This document shows, piece after piece, positions 1-14,100 of a DNA stretch of 63,644 nucleotides; within the stretch, counting starts at the first letter, position 1, and each line of letters opens with the position of its first letter. Location of the stretch: positions 102,042,904 to 102,106,547 of the forward strand of contig JASCQW010000190.1 in the NCBI GenBank assembly GCA_030264375.1, in the 5' to 3' direction. The stretch comes from Carcharhinus longimanus. Its lineage: Eukaryota. A program made the position numbers and the translations under genes. The notes beneath the pieces are model-generated. The model had not been told where the DNA came from. It saw nothing but the letters and a program-made list of their open reading frames with translations, and ran no database searches.

Positions 1-385
1 GTTGAGGGGTGACTTGATAGAAGTCTACAAGATTATGAGGGGACGGTATAGAGTGGATAGTCAGAAGCTTTGTCCCAGGGTGAGACAATTACTAAGGGGC
101 CAAGGTTTAAGGTGCGAGAGCCAAGGTTTAAAGGAGATGTACGCGACAGATTTTTTACACAGAGAGTAGTGGGTGCCTGGAACTCATTGACAGGGGAGGT
201 GATGGAAGCGGATACGGTAGTGAGTTTTAAGGGGCGTCTTGACAAGTACATGAATAGGGTGGGAACAGAGGAATACGGTCCTCAGAAGAGTAGGGGGTTT
301 TAGTTAAGTCGGGCAGCACGGTCGGCACAGGCTTGGAGGGCCGAAGAGCCTGTTCCTATGCTGTAATTTTCTTTGTTCTTTGTTC
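1..385 (+). mobile_element. CR1/HER1-type LINE 3' end
   Basis: Encodes LRGDLIEVYKIMRG and RFFTQRVVGAWNSL (CR1 ORF2 C-terminus). Ends in a short (ttctttg)n-like tail. Confidence 0.9.
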
Positions 386-729
386 ATGTGACATGGGCGT
401 CACTGGCTGGCCAACATTTATTGCCCATCCCTAATTGCCCAAGGGCAGTTTAGAGTCAACCACATCGCTATGGCTCTGGAGTCACATGTAGGCCAGACCA
501 GGTAAGTATGGCAGATTTCCTCCCCTAAAGGATATTAGTGAACTAGATGGGTTTTTCTGACAATCAGCAGTATTTTCATGACCATCAGTAGATTCTTAAT
601 TATAGGTATATTTTATTGAATTCAAATTCCACTATCTGCCATGGCGGGATTCAAACCTAGGTCCCCAAAATATTAGCTGATTTTCTGAATTAATAATAGA
701 GCAATAATGCCACCAGACCATTGCTTCCC
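386..729 (-). mobile_element. tRNA-derived SINE with a LINE-derived 3' tail
   Basis: Minus strand has A-box-like (tggtctggtgg) and B-box-like (ggtttgaatccc) motifs. Its tail (atttattgcccatccctaattgccc on +) recurs at about 40364-40389. Confidence 0.7.
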
Positions 730-1249
730 TCATCATGACCCCTCGCCCACCATATAGCTTTGAAGTGAACAACACTTACAGTAAGAAAGGACCAATGCAA
801 GTGAAGATGCCTCTCATTCACACTTTCATTATAATATTGTGAAAGATAACAGAGTGACAGAAAACATTAAAAATTTTTATCAGGTAATAAATAGAGGTCA
901 CTAACAAGCCATTTTTAAATGCAAGCCATTTTCATAAAGGAAGTTAACATCATGTTCCATAATTTAAAGACCTGAATAGGAATAGTAAGTTAATAAGTCC
1001 CCTTTCAAAATACCTCATTAGCATTTTACTTGACATTTAATTAAACACAGAAATGGACTTTCTTACTGCGGTATCCTAGTGAGCATTGAGAGAAAAATGT
1101 TTCACCTAATATCGTTAGTGTGACATTACTAATGCCTTTTGTACCTCGTAGCGCTGTTGCATGTCAGGAATAAACATTATAATAAGCTAGACTAGTTTTC
1201 ATATTTTATTCGTTACTTAAGAATAAATTCTGAAATATAATTTTAGCAG

Positions 1250-1550
1250 ATGGGGAGAAACAGTTTCCACTGGTGAAGGGTCAGTTACAAGGGGACACAG
1301 ATTTAATGTAATTGGCAATAGGTCTGGAGGGATATGAGGAAACATCATTTTACTCAGTGAGTTGTTATGATCTGATTGCATGCTCTGAAAAAGCAATGGA
1401 AATGCTTTCTCCAGCAACTTGTGAAAGCAAATTGGATATATTTAAAAAGAGCATATTTGAAAGGAGATGGAGAAGAAGTGTCAACATAGGACTGCTTGGT
1501 AGTTGTTTCAGAGAGCGAATGGGCCAAATAGCCTTCTTTTGTGCTATCTG
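1250..1550 (+). mobile_element. Decayed CR1 3' fragment
   Basis: Degenerate FPLV...TRGHRF and FTQ.V...W motifs, followed by a CR1-like 3' UTR. Confidence 0.7.
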
Positions 1551-4500
1551 ATACTCCTCTACCTTCAGCTACCACACCGTTAGTGGGCGTTGGTAATAAT
1601 GGATTTACATTGCATTGGTCCATGATTATGCTTAACAAACAACAACAGTTTGCTATTGCCTTCTGCAGTATAGCTAACCAGGAAACTCTCCTGCTCATAC
1701 CATCTGCCATCGGGCTTGTTAGAAGCATTTACAGATTGAAAATCAACCTATTTCCCCATGTTATGAAAGCACCTTCCATGACTATCAGGTTCTGAAATGG
1801 AACTCAACCCCAGAGCTCCTGGCATAGTGGTAGGGATACTATCATTGTACCTAAGAACTTCCTTGCTGTGCTATTTTAAAAATCTAATTAAAATGGCAAT
1901 ATAGCTTATTGATTACTGTTATGAGGTATAATAAAATGGTGACATACCGTACCCAATCCTACTCAACACAAGGTGCATGTGTTTTTAAGATCATTATGTC
2001 TCGATATTTATTTCACATTTGGTGTTGAATGTTCTGTTCTACAGTTAATTAATTACACTAAAACACAAGAGAATTTGGACCAGTTAAGGAGAGACTGGTA
2101 ATTGTCAGCAAATATGCATTTAAATCCTAATTCAAGAATAGGTTGACAAATTGGGAGTTGAATTCGTTCTTCAGAAAAGCAAATCCAATCTTATACCTCC
2201 TTTTTTAACTTTACCTTTAATGAATCGAATCAGGAAACATTGTAGATATAGTGAACTGCAGTGCTGGTGGATGATGATCTTTCTTTAAAATAAACCAGCC
2301 ATCTGTTAAAATAAATAGAATGGTTTTGTTGTTTAGCTGAAGCAGCTGGTATGAGTGCACAATATTTTGTTCGCTCACTAAAACATAATACAAACACAGG
2401 GTGAAATACAGAAGCCACTATGCACTTCTATGTTATCACTGGCACTATTCCGGATTACAGTCTTGTAGAGACTTTGTTTCAATACATAAAAGACAATTCT
2501 CTGAAGAAAGAAAATAGATTCGATTGAAGATGGGGCAAAAGAACACAACCGAACCACAAACAGAAACACTTTGTTGAAAGTACCAAATTCAAAAGCAATG
2601 CAGAAGAAATAACACATAAAAGATTTTCACTTAATCGAGCAATTTAAACCTTTGCCAGAGAAAGCCAGTCAAACTACAACCCATTCACTGACAATAAAGT
2701 AATACTTTAATGTGATTTGCCTTCTAGAAGTGAGTTCATAGGTATGACCTCATTTGTTGTTTAACTTTGATGCGTCTGCTGTGCCTGGTTGTTCTCAGCT
2801 AGATTCCAAGATAGAGTTTGCTGAAGAAGTAGAACTGACTGCCTTGTTCATTTGATTTGTGTAATTACTATCATTCAGTAGCTAGGCAAGACCGACAGTC
2901 AGAGTCTTGGAGCCATAGCTGGTGTTCTGGCACAGTCTTAATGTAAGTACCAAGAACAAAACAGAGAGGAATGACAGAAAGAAAAGTTATCCTACAGGAT
3001 ACACTGAAGTGTAAAAGGTGAGTACTTTGTTCATTCTATTGTAACTAAATGCATGATCATAGCTTGTGCTCAAATCAGTCCATATGTTTTCAATTAAGCC
3101 TTTACTCTAAGCATTGTTCTGCAACAAATATTGGCATTATGTTACACCTTTGGTAGTACTTTCTACTATCAAAATCACAAAGGTTTGTATCAACAGCTCT
3201 GTAGTGGTCTTTTGGCTAAGCTAGCCACTCCACTGATCTCAGACAGGCATTAATTGTGCCACCATTCTGTGCTGAGTGAACACATGTGATGGAAGTGAAA
3301 CTAAGGCCTCACTTACACTTTAAACCCTATTGAGACCTTCAGTTTAATTTATTACTCTCCCACAAGCTTAATACTAAAGCACTGAGTTGTTAAATCTGTC
3401 AGCCCAGCCCTTAATGCATTGAGCTTTGCATCTCGTTCACTTTCCTGACATGTTCCATGACATGCAAACATTCCGAACTTCCAAAGGGCATTTTTAGTAG
3501 CTGATCTTTCTTCGAATTAACTGAATAGAAGGTGTGTCATTGAGAAGAGTTAATACGGGGAAATTCAACAAAAGGCGAACTCAGTTAGGAGACTAAATGG
3601 ATCAATAAATTGTACTTGCATCCAATCACCTTTTCGATTTTGATCTATACAGCACCATCCCTATTGAAATCTTCTCAGTACACATTATGTGACTGAACCG
3701 CTTGTACACTGTGACTGAAGAGGATCAGATTAACTGTCATTTTAAAGGTTTTGTTAGAGACTCATGGGCTCTAATGGAAATATCTGGTTAAAAAAAAGAG
3801 AATGAGTAACCCCTGCGGACAAAGCTATCACCAATATATTACAAGTGATATGTGACAGAATGGTTGGTGGCCTGAAGTGCAAACTAAAATTTCATTTCTC
3901 CACACATCTCATGTAAGACTTGAATGCTATTCATCATATATCATTGCAAAATTCCTGCCAGAGTTTTCAATATTCACAGTAAAGAGGCCCCTTGGCAGAG
4001 CAAGCACTGGATTAGTCTCAAACAATAAACAATCATTTACAGTCGAAAACCACATCACAAATAAAGTGAGAAGCACTTGATTGATGTGGTTTGAGATGAC
4101 AAGTTCTCTTGGGCTTTTTCATTACATTCAGCTGCAATAGTTGTATTGAATGAGCTCATTTGACGCAAGTTCTGCAGGGTTGGCTGACTGTTCACAAATA
4201 CAACTCTTTTAACAAGTGGTGCTGAGAAGAGGTTTTACACGTTCAGTTGCAAAATTGCCATTTCTTCTTTCTCTTCTTGACAGGAATTGTTTAACATTCG
4301 CCTTAAATGTCACGTAAAGCGTTTTGTATTATTGTCGATTCAATTTGAACAAGGACAATCTGAACCAGTACAGTCAGTTCCATTTAATCAGCCAGTCAAT
4401 GAAATATCTGTTAAATATAAATTACATTTAAAAACCTTGGACAGTTCCCCTAAAGGTTCGGTGAGCAGCTCAGTTATGCAAATCACTGAGATCCGATTTT

Positions 4501-4619
4501 TGATTTCTTGCTGGGAACTCTGAACTCAGGAGGCCAGCATGTTAGACCAATCTTTATTGTCCTGGGTTAGAGGTGGAGAGAAGAAGCTGGCCCTACATTC
4601 TGCTTGTGAACACAGTCCT

Positions 4620-4865
4620 AGCTCCAGGGAACGGGTTCAATTCCTGGCTTGGGTCACAGTCTGTGTGGAGTTTGCACGTTCTCCCCATGTCTGTGTGAGT
4701 TTCCTCCGGGTGCTCCGGTTTCCTCCCACAGTCTGAAAGATGTGCTGGTTAGGTACAATGACCCAAACAGGCGCCAGACTGTGGCGACTAGGGGAATTTC
4801 ACAGTAACTTCATTGCAGTTTTAATGTAAACCTTACTTGTGACTAATAAATAAATAAACTTTAAA
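4620..4865 (+). mobile_element. HE1-like V-SINE with alternative tail (type B)
   Basis: B-box ggttcaattcc and V-domain gtgtggagtttgcacgttctcccc...ctccggtttcctcccacagtc. Tail is ...cacagtaacttcattgcag...cttgtgactaataaataaa. Confidence 0.88.
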
Positions 4866-5727
4866 TTTTCTACGTGCAAATGCTAAACCCTTACTGTTTG
4901 ATAGCATTTCAGCACTGGCTGAAAGCCACAAACATAACAAATCCGCACTTGACCAAGATACAGGATGGTTAACAGGCAGTTCCCCGACATACAGATATCC
5001 CTAACAAAGGGAGCAATAATACAGTCCCACAAAAGACAACTTATCGCATTTTCTGGTTCTGTCCCCATTGCATCAGGCCCACAAAATTCTACCCTAAAGA
5101 ATTAATACTCCAGGACATGCATGAAGTGAAGCACTGCAAATCAGCAAAACAAAAGTAAGTATGAAACTAACTGGGATCATTTATGTCAAGTCAATTTTGA
5201 TTGACTTATTGGATCCCACTTTATGCCAGGACTTTTGTATTACTCTATTTGAAAGTGAAAAAAACTGCCGAAATAGAGGGAAATACCATCAAACAATCCA
5301 GAGTGATGAATAAACAGGCTGGGAGAAGGGCTATCATCTTGACTAAATAATGGATGTTCTACGAATAAGAAGTATAAGAAGGTGTGGATTTAGCACCCAT
5401 TTCTCGGGCTCATTGATGAATATTGTGACTTGAAAATGCTTGCAGGGACGAAAACCGAAAATCACATATTTAGCACATAAACACTGATCCTGAAGGATTC
5501 TCCTGAAGCTGGAGTTGTAGCCGACATGCATCCACTGCCACTGAGAGTGTGGAGTGGCCTGACGGACACACTGAGGCAGTGTCAGGATGGCTCAATGACC
5601 AAGTGAGAAGCTGCACAGATTCTCAGAATAGCACTTGAGATTCTGGTGAGGGGGGTTACCCTCCCCTCTGTCCCTCAGCAGCTGATGCTGCTCTATCCAG
5701 TTTCATGTGTTTCTCCCATTTCCCCTG

Positions 5728-7515
5728 GAGAGGGAGGTGGAGNNNNNNNNNNNNNNNNNNNNNNNNNNNNNNNNNNNNNNNNNNNNNNNNNNNNNNNNNN
5801 NNNNNNNNNNNNNNNNNNNNNNNNNNNNNNNNNNNNNNNNNNAGAGGGAGGTGGAGAGAAGACAGGGAACTGTAGACCAGTGAGCTTAACGTCAGTACTG
5901 AGGAAGTTGCTAGAGTCCATTATCAAGGATTTCATAACTCGGCATTTAGAAGACAGTAGTGTAATCTGATAAAGAAAAATCATGCTTGATGAGTCTATTG
6001 GAATTCTTTTTCAATAAATCCTATGGTGCAGAAGAGGTCATTTCGCCCATCGAGTCTGCACCACCACAATTCCACCCAGACTCTATCCCCATAACCCCAG
6101 CTAACTTAGCTAATCATCCTCATACTAAGGGGTAATTTAGTATGGCCAATCCACCTAACCCACATATCTTTGGATTGTGGGAGGAAACTGGAGCACCCAG
6201 AGAAAACACACGCAGACCTGGGGAGAAAGTGCAAACTCCATACAGACAGTGACCCAAGCTGGGAATCAAACCCGGGTCATTGCTGTGAGGCAGCAATGCT
6301 AACCACTGTGTCACTGTGCCACCCTTTGAGGATTTAACTAGTAGAGTTGACCAAAGAGAACTAGTGGATGTGGTTTATTTAGACTTTCAGAAGGGTTTCA
6401 ACAAGGTCTCACATAACAGACTACCATGTAAAGTTAAAGCACATTGGATTGCAGGTAATGTCTTGAGATGGATAGCAGTTAGCAGATAGGAAGCAAAGAG
6501 TTGGCATAATTGAGTCTTTTTCTNNNNNNNNNNNNNNNNNNNNNNNNNNNNNNNNNNNNNNNNNNNNNNNNNNNNNNNNNNNNNNNNNNNNNNNNNNNNN
6601 NNNNNNNNNNNNNNNNNNNNNNNNNNNNNNNNNNNNNNNNNNNNNNNNNNNNNNNNNNNNNNNNNNNNNNNNNNNNNNNNNNNNNNNNNNNNNNNNNNNN
6701 NNNNNNNNNNNNNNNNNNNNNNNNNNNNNNNNNNNNNNNNNNNNNNNNNNNNNNNNNNNNNNNNNNNNNNNNNNNNNNNNNNNNNNNNNNNNNNNNNNNN
6801 NNNNNNNNNNNNNNNNNNNNNNNNNNNNNNNNNNNNNNNNNNNNNNNNNNNNNNNNNNNNNNNNNNNNNNNNNNNNNNNNNNNNNNNNNNNNNNNNNNNN
6901 NNNNNNNNNNNNNNNNNNNNNNNNNNNNNNNNNNNNNNNNNNNNNNNNNNNNNNNNNNNNNNNNNNNNNNNNNNNNNNNNNNNNNNNNNNNNNNNNNNNN
7001 NNNNNNNNNNNNNNNNNNNNNNNNNNNNNTGTGCTTGCTATAGAGGGAGCGAAGGTTTACCAGGCTGATACATGTGATGGGCAGATCTGTCATATGAGGT
7101 GAGATTAAGTCTGTTAGGACTATATTCACTGGAGTTTAAAAGAGTGACAGGGGATCTCATCAAACCTTAGAAAAATCTAACAAGATTAAACAGGATGATT
7201 ATGCCCCATGGCGGGGGAGTCAAATAGGGATCATAGTTTGAGGATAAGGGGCAAACCTTTTAGAACTGAGGTGAGGAGAAATTTCTTCAACCAGAGGATG
7301 GTGAATGTGTGGAATTCACAACCACAGAAGGTAGCTGAGGCCAAAACATTGTCTGATTTCAAAAAAAAATTAGATATAGCTCTAGGGGCTAAAGAGACCC
7401 AGGGAGATGGGGATGGGGGAATCAGATTATTGAATTTGATGATCAGCCACATCAAAATGAATAGCAGAACATGCTCAAAGATCTGGATGCCTTACTTCTT
7501 TTACGAGTTTCTATG
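5728..7515 (+). mobile_element. CR1 LINE ORF2 (RT) to 3' end, decayed, interrupted by a SINE and by gaps
   Basis: GNCRPVSLTSVLRKLLESIIKD at about 5865, VDVVYLDFQK at about 6364, and FRTEVRRNFFNQRMVNVWNS at about 7259. Confidence 0.9.
6010..6323 (-). mobile_element. HE1-like V-SINE (HER1-type tail) nested in the CR1 RT
   Basis: Reverse-complement tRNA head, V-domain and HER1-like tail. It splits the CR1 LEFFED codons and is flanked by a possible 4-bp duplication, cttt (6006-6009 and 6324-6327). Confidence 0.88.
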
Positions 7516-8024
7516 AGACCAAGTTGCCCATTTAAGACAGAGATGAGGAGGAATTGCTTCTCTTCAAGTGCAGTGAATCTGTAGGATTCTTTACCACAGA
7601 GAGCTCTGCAGACTGTTTCATTAAGTGTGTTCAAACTGAGCTGCACAGCTTTTTAATCAGCAACACATGATCTACAATAGTTTCTTCTGCATTCTTCTGC
7701 ATAAAAATGTGAATCACAAAGTCTTGTATCAAGGTAGAAATGCTAATTAAGCATTCTTGAGAGCTCAACTCTCTTCCGTTTTCGAACTAAATGGACAGTT
7801 TAAGGCACAACCTGATATTCTCACACTTTTCTGGAGCTTTGGAGTCTCATTGTTACCATACAGGGTGTTGCCATTGCCTTCAAGCTTAGACACGATTTTC
7901 ACTTTCTTCCCAGTGCAACAATCCAAGCCTTTCTTTTATCTCTAACAATCAAATCACCTTGGCTTACTATCAAGCAGACTGATAGTCTAATGGACTCTTT
8001 CATGTCCTTGGAAGGAACATAATA

Positions 8025-8463
8025 TAGACTTTTCACATATGATCCCAGGATTCCAAGAGTTAAATTACAAGGAAAGATTGTACCATGGTTGTATTCTATG
8101 GAATTTAGAAGGTATGGAGATGATTTGATCTAAGTTTTCAATCTGTGAAGGGAAACAGAAATAAAAACTATTTTTGCTAGTTGCATTGTCTAGAATTAAG
8201 GGACAGAGCATAAAAATTTGAGTCCGACCTTTCATGAGAGAAACTTAGAAATACTTCAAATAGTGATAGAAGCTGGAACTTTCTTTTGCAAATACCTATA
8301 GATGCTAGATAAATGGTTCATTTTAAACCTGAGTTTGATAGCTTATTAATTACCAAAGGTATAATCAGTTATCAAGCAAAGGCAGGTACAGAGTCAAGTC
8401 ACAGTTTAATTAAATAGCAGAACAGGCTAGAGGGGCCAAATGGCCTTCTCCTGTTCCTATGTC
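8025..8463 (+). mobile_element. Decayed CR1 3' fragment
   Basis: Degenerate YSMEFRR..GDDLI motif. Ends with ggccaaatggccttctcctgttcctatgt, a typical CR1 3' end. Confidence 0.8.
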
Positions 8464-10877
8464 CCTCTTTTACAAAAATCTGCGACATGACTTCATATTA
8501 ACAATAATTTCAGAAATAAGGAAAATAAAACCCGCTTTTAGCAGTATCGTTGTACATACAGATTATTGTAAATGTGAAAACAGATAAACATACCAAAGCT
8601 GATCCATTTTAAAAGACTTCCAATGCACATGAAGCTTCTCTTATGCCTTTCCAATATTGTGTTTGAAGCCAGCAAGCAAAATCCCAAAATGAAAACCAGG
8701 AGATTATGAGTCACTCACTAACTATTTTAGTCTCCATTTTGAGATATTCATTAAGCTGTGGCACAAGGTGTTACTGAATGACTCAAAAGGACTGGGCACC
8801 ATAGGCTTGAAGTCTACTGTCCCAATATCACCATCTCTTTGGAATCCATTCTGCGCCCATGCAGACAACCATCAAATTTACATTACAGCGGTTGATGATT
8901 CAGTTCATGCAGTCAGCGTGATTCACTCTGCCATTTTACCACAGCTCAACGGTTGAAGCTCTGAGTTGGTTTGTTTTCCATCAGTTTCAAGTTTAATTTG
9001 AAAAAAACAGAGCAAACTTTTTTTTTGATTANNNNNNNNNNNNNNNNNNNNNNNNNNNNNNNNNNNNNNNNNNNNNNNNNNNNNNNNNNNNNNNNNNNNN
9101 NNNNNNNNNNNNNNNNNNNNNNNNNNNNNNNATCAGTTTCAAGTTTAATTTGAAAAAAACAGAGCAAACTTTTTTTTTGATTAGATTTCAAAACTCATGA
9201 AGGGAGTTTGTAACTGGAGCTAGAATTAAGAACAGCAAGCATGTGGCCTAATCCTTAAAATGGGCTCGATGCAGGGGTCAGGAAGACACCAGCATTTTAA
9301 AAAAAGCTGAATGGTACATATGTTCATAAAATAAGTATAAATACTTTCAAAAAGGACACTAGAAAGAATATATTCTATGAATGCTTTGCTTTAAAGATCC
9401 AGGATTGTTTTTAGAAACAGTTGTTTCAACTTTTTAGGGTTGCTTGGGGTTACAGAAGTAGATTAAGCTAGCGTAAACCCAGCACTCACTCTAATCTTGA
9501 TCAAAATCCTAAACAGTGTTGCAAGCTGTTTGATCGCTTTGTTTTCAAAACCAGTGTGAGATCTTAGCTTCTGCTGAGTTGAATGGAGATCAGTAATAAA
9601 AAAGAAATAATTATTTTCCACCCACTGAAATGCAATGGGGAAAAAAGGAATGTCTGTAGTGAAGAGGCAACTGAGGAACAAACCGATGCAGCACTTGAAT
9701 GTCAGGCTGAACTCACTGCGGTGCTGCTAGAAATTTCTTCAGCAGTCCAAAAAAAGCTGATGTATTCACCATGAAGTTCTGTGAGAACGTAACATCTGAT
9801 AGGAATGAAACATTGAGATATGAGAGGCATCAGATTACACATGTTTCAAGTCTTTGGAACTGATGCCAATGTCATAATGTCGCAGCTCCTATGGTTTCCG
9901 AATGGCCGCAGATGGAAAGATGCACTAAAGGACTCCTTGGATGGGCAATGCCCCTGAAAACGTCACTCACACTGAGTTGAAGTTCGACACTTTAGAGGCT
10001 TCAAACTCAATTACTTGGGTAGTTAGCCAAGAAATATTACTCATGAGTAATTATACAATTAACTCCCCACCATCACCCCCACTTCTCACTGACTAGTCCA
10101 ACTACCCACCTGGCCCTTCAATTATCCTTATTCCTCCAACACATCCATTACTCTGAACTCTCTGATCCATCCAATCCTCTATTTCCCTTCCTAACCCTCT
10201 GACACATCCAATCCTCCAACTTCTCATGGCTTCCCTGTGAACCTTTGACTTCCCCTGGATTCTTTGACTCATTTCCTACCCTCTAATTCTCCCGTTTCCT
10301 TCTGACTCTGCTCCTTTGACCAGCTGACTCCATCTTGACTTTCTGACCCCTGACCCCAGTCTTTTAAGTCCCCAATCTCCAACTTTTCCTGACCCCATGA
10401 CTTCCACCAGATCCTCCAATTTACAACTTCCCCATATGAGCATTTGACAACCCCCTGACTATCCTGACCCAACATTATCATCTTATATGGTCTCACCTCC
10501 ATGTCACCCTTCCATCACTACGTCACCTCACCAACTCTACCATCCTATCCAGCTGGTACTCTAAACACCCTACTACTCTCCCAGCTTACACAAGGTCACA
10601 CCTAGCTGAATTACAAGCATTCATTAACACACCCAGAAACAATTTAAAATCCCAATGATTTTCATTGCATCAGTGAAAGGCAGCTGGCTTCTCCCAATTA
10701 GCTAGCCCTAAGATAATTCCTTGAACAGGTACGGTCTGCATTTCTGATGGTTCAGAAGATTTGGATCAGAAATGTAGAACTTCCATCATAATGTCAAATG
10801 AAATAAACAGATTGGCAATCTAGTGATGATGGCCTGTCCTCAGAACATCTGGCCCATTGTGTGTAAGCCTCCAAAAG

Positions 10878-11110
10878 GAGGCTTGTACTCGTTAGAGTTT
10901 AGGAGAATGAGGGGAGATCTCATTGAGACGTATAAGATGATGAATGGGATGGATANNNNNNNNNNNNNNNNNNNNNNNNNNNNNNNNNNNNNNNNNNNNN
11001 NNNNNNNNNNNNNNNNNNNNNNNNNNNNNNNNNNNNNNNNNNNNNNNNNNNNNNNCTCGAAGGGCCAGATGGCCTACTCCTGCTCTTATTTCTTATGTTC
11101 TTATGTTCTT
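10878..11110 (+). mobile_element. CR1 3' fragment containing a gap
   Basis: GLYSLEFRRMRGDLIETYKMM, then ggcctactcctgctcttatttcttatgttcttatgttc. Confidence 0.88.
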
Positions 11111-14100
11111 TTTAAAGCTTTTATCAGAATACCAACCTGCTATGATTTATATTAGTTTTCAGACTATCGTTTTGAACAAAAGCATCTTATAACTTGAATG
11201 GAAATTAGTGTTCCACCTTTAAAAGTCCTGAAAAATGAAACATGAGCACATTTGTGATGGATTTTGAGGAACTTTGGAATTAGCCTTGAAAAATCACATT
11301 TACACGGTCTATTCTCTTCAAATAGTCTGTTCCTCATTGGTAACAATGCATAAAGAATAAACATTTTTGCTACAATGATCATTGTTGATTACAGTTGATA
11401 GGAATAATCATTTCTTGCTTGTCCCAATCATTTTGTGCAATCATTTTACATTCCACGCAGTTGAAAGATGCGGATAAAATTTAGTACCATCACTTTCAGA
11501 CAAATGTAAGTTGGTTTGATGTAATCAGTACTGGCAAACTGTGGGTTTCAGGCTGGAACTGATTCATGAGCAGTGACGTTCACACTTCCTACTGAATCTG
11601 CCCAGACTACCTGCCATCAATTCCGCTTGTTATATGAAATCCAGCCACGTTTCCCCACATGGGTTCACACTTTGAAACTAGATCAAGGCAATAGGATTTA
11701 GAATAAATCATTAGACATAGAAACAAAAGCATCTTTTAGTGGCAAAGACGGCAGTGATACATTATTAGAAATCTTGCATAATGCATGCACTTTGTCTCCA
11801 CAGTGTTTATTTTCTATTCTCATGATTTGCTGTGTGGTTTGTTAGGTTCATATTTCTAATTTATATTTGTTATATCAAATGGCATAATGCAGTTGCCATT
11901 TCCAGATACTTTTATCCTCGAGATTGGCAGTGGGAGTTGGAAAAGTTCCCAGCTAGCTTGCCTGCCTTAGCAGAAAGTGCATGAAAAACAGAATTTTCAT
12001 TACTGGGGTGGTGGGTTCAGGCTGCAATTGGGCCATCTGAATTGGAATATAATTTGGAGGCGGCCACAGGGACTGGGCAATGTTTAAAAGGTACACTTCG
12101 TGCTGTGGGACTTCATTCCAGTTAGAATGAAAAAAATGAGGCCCTTTAGTTCTCACCCCTCACATCTACCCCCCAGAGAAAACACTCCTGTGTCTCATGC
12201 ATGCTCCCATCCACCCTTAATTGCTAAGCTATGCCATTTCCATGATCACTTACCCACTATGCATAAAAATACATAATGAGCCTTGACTAACATAAGGCAA
12301 CAAGGTTTCAAGTGCTTATAATTTTAGCTGTTGATATTTTAAAGGTCTGGTTATTGACCTTTATATTGGCATACAGTAAAAAAAACAGTTTTCTGTTTAA
12401 GAAAGTGGAATGTTATCAATGTATAATTTTTAAAACCTTTTGTTTTATATATTCTCTTATCACTATGGAGTTTATTGGTTCTATACTGTGTATCATGGGT
12501 AAATGGGCATGGAAGTGCCACAGTTAGCACAGAGCACATGAGAATTTATGGGCCAACTGCACTATTAGCTTCATACACTACTCAGTACATCAGATCCCCA
12601 TCAATAACCTATCAAGGAACTATGTATCACAACTCATACCTATCATTCGTAGCTTCAGCTTGTCCACACAGAATGGTCATGTACACAATGGATGCCATTG
12701 TGGATTAAAAAATAGCCCTTGCACCACTGGAAAAACCTGGTGCCAATGAATTAAATGTTATGGCTCTTTTTCATGGCATATAACTTAAAAATGAAATAGT
12801 GTTTGATAGTACAGAACTTGATCATTGCTGAAAAAATTAAGATTATACATTGGGCACATGGTTTGATGTTCTTGCAAATGCTACAAGCTACATATATTAA
12901 ACAGGGCCTTGTTCTTTGCAGACTGAAAGAGTATGTACACACATCGTACAGTTTCAAGTAAACAACAGCATTCTCAGAGAAATGCCTCAACCAATTAGAA
13001 ATCAATCTGCCAGGTTCAAATTTGAACTAAGCTTGGCAGTTAATGCATTCAATTATGGATAGGAGGGTGATTAATTTAAACAGCTTTGACTTTGCCTTTC
13101 ACCATCTGTCCATAAAGAGAAAAATATTTTGGTTTTGATTTCCTCTTTTATAAGTGGTGGCGTATTTTCCCAAACCCCTCAATTTTGATCTAATTTCTAT
13201 TAACAACTCCATAACAAGCTTGATGTCAGGGTAACTCAGAGCATTAGTTTATTATCTTTCAAACATTCAAAACACAGGAAGAGGACACATAATGCAACCT
13301 TCTCCCCTTTTTTTTGCAGTAACAAAGGGATTATGAGATGGGCACATGGATGAATTAGTGTTGTAGACCTCTGGTACAGAAGTTCAGAGGATCCAATAGA
13401 AACAGTGTAGATGGGGACCAGCATTTAAACCTGAGCAGAGATCAGCTTCTGAGCTGTCTTTTGCTAGTTGGAGGATGCCAATCTTTTTTACAGCTCTACT
13501 GGTCAGGATAGCTGGTTCCCTCAGTTTGAGGGTTAATATGATATGACTCTCACTTTAGTTTGGGCAATGCACGTACATCCCTTTGTCTGGATTCCTGACA
13601 TGGTTAATGTTTCAGTGATTAATCATTTCAAAAGAGTTTCCTGGGGTTGTTTATCCTATCAGGCTGGTAATCTCAGTTGGCTTGGTCTGGCCTAAGAAAT
13701 GTAAATGGCCATTGTACAATTCCACTGGAATTTGGTGTCTGTAGTCTTCAGGTCATTGGTTTATTTTCAGAAGTAACAAGATGCCAACTGTTCTGCATGC
13801 CAGAAAGATATTTTTTGGAGTCGTAGCCAGCAATGGCTTCAGTCATTTTAAGACTTTTGTCTCATATTACAATATATGTATTGTAATTATATATTGGGTG
13901 AGGTATTAGTCACCTAACAATACATTTCAGGTCAATATTTACAGAAATTCTTCAACAATTTCTTCTGAACTCAACTCACAGCCAAGTACTGATTAACATA
14001 TTTAAAAACAAAACTTAGTATGAACATCAATGAAAAAATTACATTGTACAATAATTGGTTTGTCCACTCAAAATGAATCAGTTATGCTTTATTATTTTTA

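Noticed and set aside
2215-2302. Minus-strand segment with a good acceptor (ttttaacag) and donor (AAG|gtaaag), a candidate PPM1G exon
   Set aside because: Stops in all three frames and no PP2C motif.
2998-3017. Possible 20-nt plus-strand micro-exon (cag|...AAG|gtgagt)
   Set aside because: Purine-rich upstream region with no polypyrimidine tract and no partner exons.
8980-9183. Direct repeat of about 52 nt either side of a 100-N gap (also 60821-60922 vs 61023-61123, and agagggaggtggag either side of the gap at 5743-5841)
   Set aside because: Typical unmerged contig overlap, i.e. an assembly artefact rather than a biological repeat.
10060-10600. Strongly pyrimidine-skewed tract
   Set aside because: Low-complexity sequence typical of decayed transposon interiors, with no periodicity or coding signal.
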